This document shows positions 12,074 to 25,716 of a DNA stretch of 64,000 bases, piece after piece. Numbering within the stretch: the first letter of the stretch is position 1; every line of letters starts with the position of its first letter. The notes beneath the pieces were generated by a model that saw only the letters and a program-made list of their open reading frames with translations, searched no databases and was not told where the DNA came from. Source of the DNA: Podarcis vaucheri (Eukaryota); NCBI GenBank assembly GCA_965113315.1, contig OZ220367.1. The stretch is one strand, 5' to 3'. Position numbers and translations under genes: made by a program.

Positions 12074-13378
12074 TGTGAGGTTCCAGGGGTTCCAGATGCT
12101 CATCCAGGGTCTGTGTTTTGGGAATGAGGCACAGCGGAGACTGTGGTTTCTTTACGATGTATGGTTTATTTACACATATATACAACCCGATTCTATGATG
12201 GAGGCGTTCATAGCATTAACACCCCAAGAGGGTCTAGTTTCTCCCATCACCGCAGCCTTAGATTCAACCAGAAACCAACCATTCAGCTTGCTGTCTATAC
12301 CAGCCTGCAACCTTTTTCCAGTCTAGGTCACATCAAAGCCAACTATAAACACTAAACTCTGGCTTTGTCCTCTAAGAGCTGAAAGAGGAGCCCCATCCAT
12401 TTGCTGCCTTGCACAGAACCCCTTTTCCTTAGCTTTCTTAGTAGGCCAGCACATTTCTTAATGGCTCATCATCTCGGCAATTATCTCATCAGGAAACTAG
12501 CCTGGCTTATATTCTTTTTAAAATAGTTTTTATTGAGTTTTACAATTTTATATTCAACACAGCAACATCATCTCAAATAAAAAGCTCCCCCCCCCCCGAC
12601 TTCCCTCAACTTCCTCTTCTGGTTTTTTACATATTAACTTCTCCTGCATATTTTATTATACCTTAAAATTGCATTCTTTAAATTGAATATTGTTATGTTC
12701 TTATCGTTTTAACACCATATTTGTTTTCAATTTACGTCTTATACTCTGTTATTTTCCAATTACTATATCTTAATCTCTATGTTTATTTTGTTAATTGTGT
12801 GTTTACACAAACCCTGCTAATGAGTCCACTTCTTTATAATGTTTCTGTAGGTACAACATAAACGGTTCCCAGTCTTTTTAAAAGTCTCTATTGTCCTTGT
12901 CTCTAAGTCTTTCAGTTAACTTCACCATTTCTGCATATTCCATCCATTTTTATTGCCATTTTTCTTTAGTTGGTATCTCGTCATCCTTCCATTTTTGGGC
13001 TAGCAATATCCTAGCCGCTGTTGTAGCATACATAAAAAGTTTCCTCTCCTGTTTTGGCAGATCTTGACCTGTAATGCCTAGCAAAAAGGCTTCTGGTCTT
13101 TTAACAAAGGTTGTCTTAAACATTCATTTCATTTCATTATAAATCATTTCCCAATGATTTTTAATTATTTTACAATTCCGCCCCATATGAAAAAATGTGC
13201 CTTCTTTTTCTTTACACTTCCAACACTTACAGCAGCCAGCCTGGCTTATATTCTAACACTTGCTAAATCCATAGGTTCAGTGTCTGGCACCCTGCTTAAT
13301 ACTCCAAACCTTAATTAAATTCTAACACTTACTGGACCCAGGAATTTAGGGGAATCTGGCACCCACAAACCTATAACA
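12074..13378 (-). mobile_element. Possible solo LTR interrupted by the 12516-13237 L1
   Basis: Minus-strand TGTTATAG...CCTCACA termini, AATAAA on minus at 12165-12170, repeated tctaacactt...tctggcaccc blocks; no TSD found. Confidence 0.35.
12516..13237 (-). mobile_element. L1 3' fragment (second subfamily)
   Basis: 17-bp TSD agcctggcttatattct (12499-12515, 13238-13254), TTCT/AA site; minus strand encodes KCWKCKEKEGTFFH...WEMIYNEMK*MFKTTFVKRPEAFLLGI. Confidence 0.9.
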
Positions 13379-15278
13379 ATATTTTCATTTGCAATACCTT
13401 ATAAGAAAGGTTTTTTATTTTGTTTTGTTTAAAGATGAAATAAAGTTCCTTAAGAATAATGACATTCAGGTTGACTTAAATAGAGCCTAACAAACTACAT
13501 GTTGCATGTGAATGCATGTAGTTAAATCCATTGTCCCTCTTTTATTCCAGGAAAACCTTTAATGGGGCCGAGCAATTTGAAGATAAGCAGCAATAGTGAT
13601 AATGGGGACTTGATGCTATTCCTTTTCCAAATCCGCTCCAACCTACTTTCATCCTGCATGGGGTTCAAAACATATGGGAGAGGAAGGAATTTGATGAAAT
13701 GTCTTGAAGCAAGGAGAGGATGATTATTATTTTTTGCTGTTGTTTTGTTAGATAATCCCATCTGAAAGTGTGTTTTTGTGGTGAAGGTGGGTTTCATTTT
13801 GTTTAAACATGTCTGCATGAAATGTGCAGCTAGATCTCTGGAGAATATATCCTTATTCTATATCTTTTGCTCCCTAGCCAGATACTGTATGGAAAGATTT
13901 TGTATTTTTCTCTCTAATGAAACTAGCCCCCTTGCCCATCGTTTGCAATTCCTTCCAGAATTCTAGCATTAACTCTCATCTGGTGACTCTTATCTTTATT
14001 CTTGGCATTTATGTAGCACTTTAGATTCTTGGCTCATAGCTGACACTGTCAACCACTATTCTGTCCCAGTTCCTTATAGTTTTTCTTACAGTAACGGAGA
14101 GTGATGTCTGCATGTGTGCTGAAGTTGGACTGGAAACATGCCAGGCAACAGTTTATTGAAATATATATATAATCTCTCCTCTGAAATTCACAGGGCTATA
14201 TGGTTAAACATTGTCAAGTAAAATATACCGGTACTTTTCTTTCTTTACTTACACTTGCCAATTTCTTTGAACATCAGGTTCCAGAAGAGCATATGTTTCA
14301 TTTACCTGTCTCTAACCTACATCTCTGCATATAATTGAGCAGAGTTCTTGTACACTGCAGAAAACCAGACACTATTTTGAAAACAGTTGGTGAAATGCGC
14401 ATTTTTTGGAGACAGTTAAGTGCCCCAATGTCTCCTTCCATGCACTAGAGATTAACATTATTATTCTTTATATCATCTTTGCAGCAAGCCACTGTCGCCT
14501 CTCTCTACAAACAAAAGGTTTCTTTGTTTTAGCAGTTAAGAAAAACTTGAATGCAGCGTAAGCAACTGATATCAACTTCATTAAAAGGTTTTGGAAAGCA
14601 ACTACCGCGGTTAGAATTTATTTTTGCTAGCCAAATACTTTCAGAGAAAAGAAGACTTCTTATGCAAGTAACAGAGGTGTACTAGGGATGACTGACTGAA
14701 TGTAAATACAGCAAAAAGGATGGTGAGATGAAGACTGCTGCATAGTTAAATGCTGGGGCATTTTGCATACTTTCACCACTGTTTGCCATTGTGCAGCTTA
14801 GTTACTAATAATGGGAAAGATACCATCCCCCCCATGCATTTCAGATTTTTTAAAAACGTACTTGTCAGCTTTACTGCTGCTGCTTTCTGAGCATAATCTG
14901 GAGTACTGGTATTTTTCTTTGTTTTTTACTCGTAGGAACCTTGGTGCCTTTTCCTGACACGTATTAAGATCTTCCTCTGCCTTCTATACCCCTGAAAGTG
15001 AGGTGGAATGTGACTGGATTTAGTGCTCTCCTCTTTTTTTTGGTAGTGGCACACCAGCTTTGGAATGCCCTTCCCAGGATGGCTTTCCTGGTCCTGAATC
15101 TGTTGTCTTTTCAACCCCAGCTGAACTACACACTTTTATTTCTCTGGGTCTTTTGTTTTATTGAGGTGTTTAGTTTGGTTCTGATTTTATTTCCATGGTT
15201 TTACCCTTTAAAATGATGATTTTATGATTTGTTCTATTTTCTTTTAAAACCATATGCCACATTGAGCATTTAGATTGG

Positions 15279-15493
15279 TTGGCATCTGTCTGTCTTGGGA
15301 GACAATGGAGTGCACCTTTGGGGGTGAAGTCAAACTGTTGGAAGCTTGCAGCGCCAGCTGTGGCTGTGGAGACCGATATGGGAGAGACATTTTTTGTTGC
15401 AGCTGGGGCAGATGAAGGCGTCCAGTCATGCTGTTCCAGATACACCATGGCATTTCTTCTCTCTGTGCTCCTCCCAACAGTCATTCCTCCTCA
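15279..15493 (-). mobile_element. RTE-clade LINE 3' end
   Basis: Minus strand FICPSCNKKCLSHIGLHSHSWRC and 3' end attgtctcccaagacagacagatgccaa. Confidence 0.75.
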
Positions 15494-18013
15494 TTTGAAT
15501 GGGGCTGGGACAAGAGCAAGAGCTAGATCAGAAGGGAGGAATTGAATACAGTCAATGGGCTGGATCTTTCCCTCTATCCACAGGTCATTGTGGGGTCACT
15601 ATGTTGTCATATGTGACCCTGTTTTCTTTTGCCCACATGGTTTCAAACTATAGTGGGAAAGGCTCAGCATTTTTCAGGCACCACCAACAAGAATGTCATA
15701 CTTGCAAAGCCAAGACCCTTTGCAAGTGCTGCTGTGGTCATCAATGCTTGCAAAGGCATGGGTTTGGAAGCACCAACAGTCACAGCACAGGGCTTGTCGC
15801 AAGTCACAGAGATTTGCAAGAGCCACCTATCAGCTGACTGGCAGGCCCTGCAAACACTGTAGGAGCTGCGTCACACCTGATGTCACAATGCTTGCAGGGA
15901 TGGAGGACCAATTGCTATGGTCTGCCCTTAAAGGCTGATGAATCCAGAAGGTTCCCTGAGGTCTCTAGGGACTTTTTCTACAGGTTTAGCTGGCCATTTT
16001 GTGGAAGCTTTAGTCACAGTCAGGGATAGGCTTAGTTTGTTGGTGCAATCCTCCTGAAACATCTTCGACCCAATTGTAAAGTCAGCTGCCTGATATTCTG
16101 GAAAGCTGATGACAACTGGGCTACAGTGCAGGGAGTGGAAAGGGAATAGGGAAAACTTGTAATGAGTGCTACCAGAGACAAATAAAAAACAATTATAGCG
16201 ATTCCGTGGTGATCGTGGCAATGAAAAATAAACTTACTTCCCTGCCAGCAGAACACTTCTGAGCAATGAAGAACTTTTTGTATAAAGGTCTAGAGATAAC
16301 CAAGTGTTAAGAGTCCTCAGAGGATCACTGCGACCAGTTTTCATTGCATTTTGCAGATAAATCACTCATATTGGCTCCAACTTGGATGCCACAGTTTTGG
16401 CAGAGTCAGAGATGGATGTAGGCATGGGTGTAGTTTGTGCAGCCTTACGATGTGGACAAGCTGCTTGGAGCCTTCAGCTTGTTCTCTTAATTCTTTTTCT
16501 TATACCTGTATGGCTGTGCTATATTAAAAAGAAGTAAGTGAAATATAAGTGTTTAGAACTACTTTTCTTAGTATTGTGATTACTTTGTATGTAGTTCTAA
16601 ATTATTTAAAATGTTGGAAGCCACCATGGGAAAATATTGTTGACTTACAGAACAAAATTAAATATTATGAAAATACAGTAGTGTAAATTTTAGAAAGTAG
16701 ATGAGTTCTGATGTGGCTTTTCAGCATTCTGTTATTCAAAGGTTTCCAAATCCATGTGGCAAGTCCACCCCTATATATTATCTTGTAGTAATTAAGAATA
16801 TGATTAATTCTGCTGGTTGACCAGAGACCTTACTTTCTGCTCTGCAGAAAAAAGATAATCTTTAAAGGTCAGGTTGTCTCAGCCTTATGTGTCACAAATG
16901 CTGTCTTCCGGCTTACTAAATAACAGTATCTAGGGATGACTTTGCAAATACATTCTGAATTATTTATTTTATAAAGAATGAAGGGTCTTGTGGCTCCTTG
17001 AAGACTAAAAATATATACGGTATACTGTGGGCTTTAGTGGGCCACAGCCCATTTAAACAAAATACACAAAATGCCATCCTTAGTTGGCAAATCAATTCTG
17101 TCCGTCAGACAATGGAAGGAAGCAGAACTTACAGAAATTGTTGACTTTATACATTAACAAATGCACTAATTATCAGTTCTTGAAATATACCATAAATGAT
17201 ATTTTATATAAACCAGTATGTTGAAATGCACAATTTAAAGGAATAGCACTCCTCTGTTGTGAAACCCTTCTATCGGAAGTGATTTAGGATTTTAGGTTTT
17301 GTTTTTTAAGCCTAGGGTTTTTGAGACACTAGGAGGAGTTCAGGCCTCTAGATTCAACAAGAGCATGATGTGTCATTTTAGAGACTACACCCATAAAAAC
17401 GCCCAGTGCCATTAAGTCCCATGACAGCTAGCTGTGTTAAAAAGGACAAAACAAGTGGCCATTCATTCAAGTCCCCAGAATCCTGTCGCTAAAATCATTT
17501 ACCTGGCTTGTTACTTAGTCAATGTGAAGCCCTTCCTCAGATCCCTGCACAGGTTTCCTGTTCCCTCCTGCACTCTTCCAAACTCCTTGTAGCTACTTTC
17601 AGAAGTCTCCACAGGTCTGTCACATCCTGTTTTTCTGTTCTTACCTCTTGTAACCTCTGCTCCTCCTACTCAACTCTTCTCAGCATCTCACAGGTATGTT
17701 CAGAGAGACTACTTCCTCAAACAACTCGTATCTGTTCTCTCCTGATGTTTGTTTATGCTGGGATTTTTTCCTTCCGCCGCCTCTCCCTTTCTTCAAATCC
17801 TCCTTTAAAACCCACCATTTGCTACAGAGAGACCACTTCAGTCTATTGTTTCTGCAACAGTTCTTTTCATTTAATTTCATTTACAGCTGTGATCAGATAA
17901 CCTTTGATTCAAATAATGTTTTAGTGCAATACATAAGATCAGCATTTTAATAGATTATTTGTTCTTCTACCAAGTGTTAAATTAATTTCTCTCTCTCTTT
18001 TTGTGTTTCACAG

Positions 18014-18296
18014 ATCTTCAAGTCAGCAAAAGGAACAGAAGACTCTTCAGAATATTTTTGCTACCCTTTGAGGGAACCACTAACACCTCAACACCATGCA
18101 GATTGCTGCTGCAGAGGCAACTGCCCTTGCGTAACACCATGTTTTCAAAGAGCTCCTGAATACCGTGCTACTTTACGCAGGACTTCCCTTTCCAATTTTA
18201 TCACTGGAGCTCTACTAGAAGCAACCACGTCACTGGGAGCTAGAAGTGGTACTCTAAATATTTTAGGAGGATCAACTGGAAAGACCATGCTAAAAG
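18014..18296 (+). CDS. PLCE1: PLCE1 coding exon (human exon 3 equivalent), 283 nt, phase 0 to 1
   Basis: tttcacag|ATC acceptor, AAAG|gtaatt donor; translates IFKSAKG...[31 protein letters not shown]...[10 protein letters not shown], matching the PLC-epsilon motif [31 protein letters not shown]. Confidence 0.95.
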
Positions 18297-20112
18297 GTAA
18301 TTAAAGGAGGTTAAATCATCTTTGACAGTGTGGCAATGGGGGGCTCCTACGGCCTCAAATTCTTCTCCAAATTGGAGATGATAAACGTATTGGATTGATT
18401 GTATGCTATCCCCAAGTTCTAAGAATTCAAAATAACATTGTATATATTTAAATAAATCCATGTGTGTTAAATCAGTGGGTCAGATCCGGACTTAGTCATG
18501 CTTAGAGTAATCCCATTGATTTCAATGAGTCTACTCTTAATCAGTAGATCCAAAGTTTTTATTTCGCTTACATGGGAGCCAAAGGCTTTCACATTCCAGA
18601 ATTAAGATTGTATAATTCTCTGCTTACAAAGATTCTACTTTTTTTGTAGTTTTATTTTATTTTAATTGGATACTTGAAGTGGGGTTTTTTTTTGGGGGGG
18701 GGACAAGAAATGCTCAGAACACTAGCATAAGCATTGCATGCAAAGGCTGAGTTGACATAATCAGATAATGTCCATTGATTACCGTTTAGCAGGCAGCTTG
18801 ATTTTGGTTTTTTGCTTTTATGCTCTGCAGTCAGTTCCTTAATGACCCCAAACGTATTGCACATGCATTAAGCTAAAAGTCCATGGGTGAACTATCCTGG
18901 TTTCTATATAGGGCAAGTCATGCCATTGCATTGTTGAGTAGGTTAGAAGTGCATAGATGCACATCTAGAATTTCTTGCTTTTAAAGGATTGTAAAACACT
19001 TTAGATTATAATGTCAACACACCACTATATAAAGATACTGTGTTTCAAATATGCTTACATTAGGTGAAGTAGTGGGGTTAGAGCAGGCCTTAATGAGTTT
19101 GGAGTTAAAGAACAGAGCAGGTCATAACTGTTTTGGATACACTCAAAATATATTTCTGTCTCTGTATCAAATAGCCAAGATTGTTTATGTTCCTGAATGT
19201 TAACGGGTCTTTTGTCAAAAGATTTATAAAAACAGGGATCAAATAAATACATTTTCCATTTTTAGTGCATAGATTGTTAACAGGAAGCTGTGATGGATAA
19301 ATATTGTTATATTTAAGTACCTCTGTTGTAGATGGCTGAATGCATTGATGTGCAAAATGACCTAGATATACTTTGCTCTTCACCCTTTGTTTTGTGGAAG
19401 AAATATGTAGCTTACTAAGGCCTGAACTACACATTACATGGCTAAGCTATGTTTCCATACCTTGACTGCAGCTTTTGCACTGCAAAGGAGGTTGTAAGGA
19501 GGCAATCTGTGGGGAAAACTGCACCTTCTCTCCCCCGCCCTCCTGCCCTGATTTTGCAGGTCTAGAACCCTGGAAGTGCAAGAGAGGCAGGGGAATTGTT
19601 AAGCCATCCTTTCCTGCTGTTTATTGCACACAAATTGCCCCCCTTCTGACAGAATTTTTGCGGCAGATAAGCAGGATCTGGGCTCTGGCAACATTGACTG
19701 TCATCTGTTTCTGAGCTTCTATCTGCCCTTCCGTTTCACTTTCCATACTCAAATCTCCTTTCTTAATATTGGCTCTACAAATCTATGATTCTGCAACCTC
19801 AAACATCTATTATGCACTTGTTAAGCATATTAAAAATTGAAGATATAACTTAATAAATATTTCTTATGTAGTGATATGCTTGTTTGCTGTTTCCTAACCT
19901 TATGATCAAAGGAGGTGATTATCTCTTTCTAGATATGGGGATAATCTGATAAGGAGGGAAATCAGGCTCCAAACTGCTGGATTCAGGGCAGCATATCATT
20001 TATTTCAGTATTTTGGGGTGGCTGGCTTCAATCACCACTTTCTGTTACTTCCATTTTAATGGCTACTAATTCCTCGGTGTTCTCATTTGTTTTCCAGCCA
20101 TGCTCATAACTA

Positions 20113-20372
20113 CCATATTTTTCACTCTATAAGATGCAGCAGACCACAAGACGCACCCAGTTTTTGGAGGAGTAAAACAAGAAAAAAAAATATTCTGAAT
20201 CTCAGAAGCCAGAACAGCAAGAGGGATCGCTGTGCAGTGAAAGCAGCAATCCCTCTTGCTGTTCTGGCTTCTGGGATAGCTGCGCAGCCTGCATTCACTC
20301 CATAAGACGCACACACATTTCCCCTTACTTTTTAGGAGGGAAAAAGTGAGTCTTATAGAGCAAAAAATACGG
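20113..20372. mobile_element. pogo/Tc2-type MITE
   Basis: TIRs ccatatttttcactctataaga / tcttatagagcaaaaaatacgg, TA TSD, long internal palindrome. Confidence 0.85.
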
Positions 20373-20846
20373 TATTTCCGGTGTGCTCCTGAATGGAGGA
20401 ATGGATATATGCACACAAGTATTTGCATGAATGCCCTGTCAGTACTTAATTGGTGTAATAGAATCAACAAATTAGAAAGGGAACACCTACTAGTATGAAT
20501 GGAAAAGACTGAAGTTGCTTCTTATATACAGATTCAAATATGTGCAGATGTGCACTCCTCTGGTCTAATTCAAAAGGGGGGTGGGAATGCATTAACAGTT
20601 AAATAATATCCTATGTGGACAAGCCCTAAAATTAATGATGTATTGTGTGAACCTCTGCAACTCTCCTTTATGAGACTTTATGTTCATCTTCATATGTTTT
20701 TAAAGCTTTTTTTCATAAACCAATAATGGAATACTTGATAAAACAACTCTGCACTCATGGAAAATAGCTGCCTTTTTTCAAACACAGAAATAACATTATG
20801 AATGCTGATTTAAACCAATTTACCAGTATGTATTAGATGTGAAGTA

Positions 20847-21016
20847 CCGTATTTTTCGCTCTATAACACGCACCCGACCATAACACGCACATAGTTTTTA
20901 AAGGAGGAAAATCCGTAGGCATGCCACCCGTAGGCATTCCCTCCATAACACACACAGACATTTCCCCTTACTTTTTAGGAGGAAAAAAGTGAGTGTTATG
21001 GTGCAAAAAAATACGG
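20847..21016. mobile_element. pogo/Tc2-type MITE (short derivative)
   Basis: ccgtatttttcgctctataacac ... gtgttatggtgcaaaaaaatacgg, TA TSD. Confidence 0.85.
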
Positions 21017-22279
21017 TAATTATTTTGACTGAGGGTTGGATAAGCTGTGTCCAGTGGTGAACAGCCAGAGATGGTGGAAGCTGTAATTAAGCAACATATT
21101 GAGGTCTACAGGTTAGGATACCCCCAGCTTAAAAAAATTATATTACCTGTATGTTAAGATCAATTTAGTATTATTGATTACAAGGTGTGCACTTCCAAGA
21201 CATGCTCTGGAGCACAATCCTATACATGTTTACTCAGAAGTATGTCCCATTCAATTCAGTGACTTACTCCCAGGTAAGTGGATACTCTATAAGATGCAGC
21301 CTAAGTCCCATTGATTTCCATGAGATGTCAGTGTTCTTATTTTGTGTGTGTGACTAAGACTCTAATCTGACACACACTTACTTGGGAGTAGCCTCATTCT
21401 AGTAACTGGAGCATGCTTCTGATTGGGCATGTATATACAATCGTACTGTCAAACAGGTTTACAAATACTTTGACTTGGATTTCTTGTAGATTGGATTGCT
21501 ACTCTTAGTAGGAATGTCTACCTGTCCTTAAATGTAAAATACCTCCCGTTGGATTCTTAGCGTTTCAGTTTTTATCTGGGAAGTGAGTAACCTGACCTTT
21601 CCGCATGTCTTCTTTGTGGCTTAAACAAAGCATGCTAGTTGTGCATTTTGACAGTTCGTAGTTTCAGACTGAGCAGCTGTTCCTGACAGCTAGGACAAAC
21701 AAGTGCAGTGTGTGATATTCTTCTGCTTTTGAAAGTATCGGTCCTTCTGGAATTTTAGAAGGAAATCAAAAGAGCAACTCTGTTTACTGGTAAGCTTAAT
21801 GTTCCTATGGCCTATAAGCCGCTGACTTTTAAATTTAAAATGAAAAAAATTAATGTTTCTGAGATGGAGATAAGAAGAGTTTGTTTTTACTGTCATGTAC
21901 AGGTTTCCATTACTAACCATGGAAAGGAACACCTGATATATAGATACAGTATTTGCTTTTTCTTAGTTGTCTATTAGCGAATTCATGGTTTTCTGATCAC
22001 AGCCTTTATGCTTAAACAACAAGCAAACCTGTGACACTTGCACCTAATATAGGTAAACATTGACATGCATGAGCCTAAACATTCCTCTACTGTAAGTGCA
22101 ATGTTGTTTAGCCATTTTCTACGGGTGTCGCTAACTCTCATTGGATGTTTCGTTCAGAAAATCAAGTTAACTGATAAAACATGTTCTCTCTGCTAACAAA
22201 CAAATGTTATTTGGAATAATTTGCAAGTATTTAATCCCAGGGGCTGACTTGTACAGTTGCAGTTGACTTCAAAACTAGG

Positions 22280-22680
22280 GAAGGGTGATTTTGTCAATTT
22301 CAGTTTGTTTTTCTGATCTGAACTTCAGTTCTCCATGTTTCCATATCAATTTGCAAATTCTTTTTCTAAGAAGTTCTCATATAAATCCTTCACCATTTTA
22401 GCATGAATTTCTCCTAATATGCACATTTTTTTCCTGTGCAGTTTTGGCCTAGCATATACATTTGCAAGCAATTTTCTCTAATATAATGCATTTTATGCAC
22501 ACTTTACTTTGTATATGCATTTTGGTACATATTGCTTGGTTGGAGAACAACATTGCAATATTCAGAGAACTGCAAATTTGAAAGCTTCAGTTTCAGTCCA
22601 CATATGGTTTCAGGAAGTGAGAATTGGATATATTTGCCTTAAGTATGAACTGAATCAAATTTCTCTCTATTTCACACTGC
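22280..22680. repeat. Old interspersed repeat; inverted relative at ~48650-49410 (host of the 49022 SINE)
   Basis: Reverse-complement similarity, e.g. gttctccatgtttccatatcaatttgca vs tgcaaactgatgcagaaatatggagaa. Confidence 0.55.
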
Positions 22681-22942
22681 TGCAATTCTTAGTGACACAT
22701 TTCCACTCCCTTAATATCTTGTTTGTTGCGGTGTGGGCACAAATGTTAACATTTGTGAGTAATGCAAGCCTTAAGAATAATGGGTTTAGATATCACTTGA
22801 AGCATTCCTTCTGTTACAATCGCTGCCCAGTTCAGATGTTTCCAGTCCTTCAAGTCATGTTTCAAGGTAGTCTCATGGAGCCACGAATTCTCCCACATGC
22901 CGGATAATTTCTGATTGGCTCTAACCATAATTTGCTCCATTT

Positions 22943-23382
22943 GTCAAAATAAAAAAAAATCCTTCCAGTAGACTGGAAAGAGAAGCTGCTGAATTGCAAC
23001 TCATTACCAAACCTAAAACCATGGAAAGACCTGGTTTGAACAAAGACATTGGATTCTTATCCCATTATACATGACTAAGCCATTTCTCACCTTCTCACCC
23101 CTTGCCTTTTCCTGTAAGACCTATTACAGTCGTTAAGAGTCGTCAACAGGCTCATCTCAGCTATCTGCCATTCTCCCATTCCCACCACCCTTCTGAGTAA
23201 TACCCCTCCCCACCTTCTCACTATATAGAAGGATCTGGCAACTTCTGTTTCAGTGTTTCTGAAGAAGTGTGCATGCACACGAAAGCTCATAACAAGAACT
23301 AACTTAGTTGGTCTTTAAGGTGCTACTGGAAGGATTTTTTTTTATTTTGACTATGGCAGACCAACACGGCTACCTATCTAAC
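22943..23382 (+). mobile_element. Penelope-like element 3' fragment with inverted 5' segment
   Basis: TSD ttgctccattt(g) at 22932-22943 and 23383-23394; 29-bp perfect inverted repeat 22943-22971 vs 23323-23351; GIY-YIG C-terminus-like LEREAAELQLITKPKTMERPGLNKDIGFLSHYT*. Confidence 0.85.
23255..23293 (+). ncRNA. Minimal type-I hammerhead ribozyme motif in Penelope pLTR
   Basis: CTGAAGA(A) 23259-23266, stem II GTGTGC-AT-GCACAC, GAAA 23281-23284, palindromic AGCT then C (UC cleavage site); stem I imperfect in this copy. Confidence 0.7.
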
Positions 23383-25256
23383 TTGCTCCATTTGGACATC
23401 ATTGGTTATGTAAGCTGTGGAAGGGGGAAGGGAAGGGAAGCAGGAGTGAATGGGGGAAGATGTGATCCTGAAGCATGTTCTTGAACATCCAAACCATGCC
23501 CTGGAGGATCAGGATCAAGATGACTGTATTGAGTCGCTAAGCTCAATTACATAGCTGTTGTATTACAGAATTACTGGCACTGTCTTTGGGATTCCAGAAA
23601 GATGGCTAATAATAGCTGTCCGGTTTTAATACTTGAATGGCATGATATAATACTTATATAATATCACAAACAGATGTCATTGTGATAGGAGATCAAAAAA
23701 GTTAGGCTAATTTTAATTGCCCTATGGTTTGTGATAGTTTTTCACATTTGTGTGCACAGGAAACATCATCTTAAATGGGAAGGCTAAATGCTATTTATTA
23801 TTTTCTTTTCGCTAGTGCAATAATAATCTTAGTAGTAACCTACTTCCATTAGAAACATTTGAAAACATTTTATTGTATGTTTACTCTATTTAAACTTTGT
23901 GAATTGCCCTGATAATTTTATATTGGAAGGCAGTATAAAAATCTGATAAATAAAACAAAACTAAAGCATTTTGTTTTCCAGTAAAATAGTCCCCACATCA
24001 TTTGAAATGCCAATATAATATTCCACTTTACTCAGCGGGGCAAGCTCACATTGCGTATTACATTGCTTGTAATGGTGCCCCAACATTTTTCTTAAAGTAA
24101 AATAACATTATGAGAAGAGGATGTACAGGAGAAATGTGGTAGAGGAGTCTGTCCAAACCCACTGTTTCTCTGCTTCAAGTGCCGCATGCAACAAGCATTT
24201 ATTTACCCTTGCAGGATTCAGAATGAGTAGCAGTCAAACTTCTTCAGTATAAAAGTTTTGATTCCATTCAAGGAATAGACCTAAATCAGCAGTGAACAGA
24301 TCTGAGGAAGCAGGAACAAAACAAGGAAGAGCTTGTGGGCCCGCAGCCGTTTAAATGTGACTAAACCATGCCCCTCACCCAGCCGGATTGGCTGGCTTGG
24401 GGGGCATGATGGGGGCCCAGGACTCCAGTGACACAGGGGGCCTGGCCATGCCCCCCCTGTGAGCGTGGGAAGCGATTCCCGCTCACAATCCTTCCCCTCT
24501 GGGAAGAGGAGAGGCTCTGTAAACAGAAGCACTGCTGAATTAATAAGGAAGTTGTAACTCTCCCTTCCCACCCATTCCGTTTTGTGGAACACCTTGCAAA
24601 TGACAGAAAATCACCAACTATTGAAAATTACCTTTGTTTTGGCACTGATGAAGTCAGTAAAATTAACAAAAGGAAGCTACACTGTTTGGTTTCTGTACAA
24701 CAGCCTCTTAAAATACACCATGCACATGCAGAGCAGGTACACGTTTGTGGTTGCTCCAAATTGGTGCCATGACAAAGGAAATAGGTGGTGGAGAAGAGAC
24801 AACATAAGTTAGTAGAAAAAGCTAGTGGAAATAGGTTTTTGCGAAGGGAGACTTCAATTCCTAAATTTGTTTTGTATGTTCAAAGACTTGAAGCAGGTAG
24901 AACACACCTTCGTCTAGTTAGTTCTTTTTGAGTGATATATATTGACTGGCTGTGGGACCAGATCTTGAATTCTAGCCCTGGTGAGCCCCTGGACTGATGT
25001 ACTCTCCACATCCTGTTAGGAGATGAACAAAAATTCAGGATATAAGGATGAAGTTGCTGGAGGGTGGGGTGTTCAGCTTTCTGCATCCTAGAGCCCTATA
25101 GAAACAGAGACACTGTTGAAACAGATACACAATTATTATTAACATTAATTTTTGGTGAGGTAAGTTGTTGCAGCACCTTTCAGAACACCTTATAAATCAG
25201 AGTTGACTAATCTCCAGTTTAGGGGCCATAACCGTAAGCCAATGCCAAGTGACCTT

Positions 25257-25716
25257 TTTTTTTTTTTTGCAAGTAAATTTTTATTCAGAATTTGTAAAAG
25301 AAAAAGAAAGAAAAGAAAAAAGGGCAAACAGATACAAAAATAAACATTTTAACATAAATTATTCATCCTATTTTCATGCTATACAAAAAGTAAGCGTACA
25401 ATCATACAAAAAGATAATATAAACATTAAGCTCTACTTAGCCTTTGACTTCCCTTCACCCTTTTGGTAAGTATCAAATAAATCCCGGATTGCGTAATTAG
25501 TTTATTAAAGTTTATAATTATTAGCTGATAAAGTTTTTCTAATACCGCCAGTTCCTCCTATATATCCATTCCAATATATTTCCAAAATTTACTCCAGTTT
25601 TTTTGAAATTTCTGGTTGTCTTGGTCTCGTATTCTGCCTGTTAATCTATCTAGCTCGGCATATCATTTTGACCTGCCAGTCACTTACGTTAGGTATAGTT
25701 TCTGTTTTCCAATTTT
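25257..25716 (-). mobile_element. L1 3' fragment (third subfamily)
   Basis: 8-bp TSD gtgacctt (25249-25256, 25717-25724), poly-T tail on +; minus strand encodes QNWKTETIPNVSDWQVK...GRIRDQDNQKFQKNWSKF, homologous to the ORF2 C-terminus. Confidence 0.85.

Noticed and set aside
11799-12326. 175-aa plus-strand ORF
   Set aside because: GTG start in a microsatellite, crosses into the LTR-like repeat, no recognisable domain
15495-16490. Cluster of overlapping Cys-rich ORFs, considered as endogenous viral element or retrocopy
   Set aside because: No recognisable protein motif in any frame, frequent stops; internal inverted/direct repeats (acttgcaaag/ctttgcaagt, caatgcttgca x2) fit an old repeat better. 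A BLASTx search would settle it.
16980-17080. Possible second Penelope/hammerhead remnant on the minus strand
   Set aside because: Too degraded; catalytic core not intact
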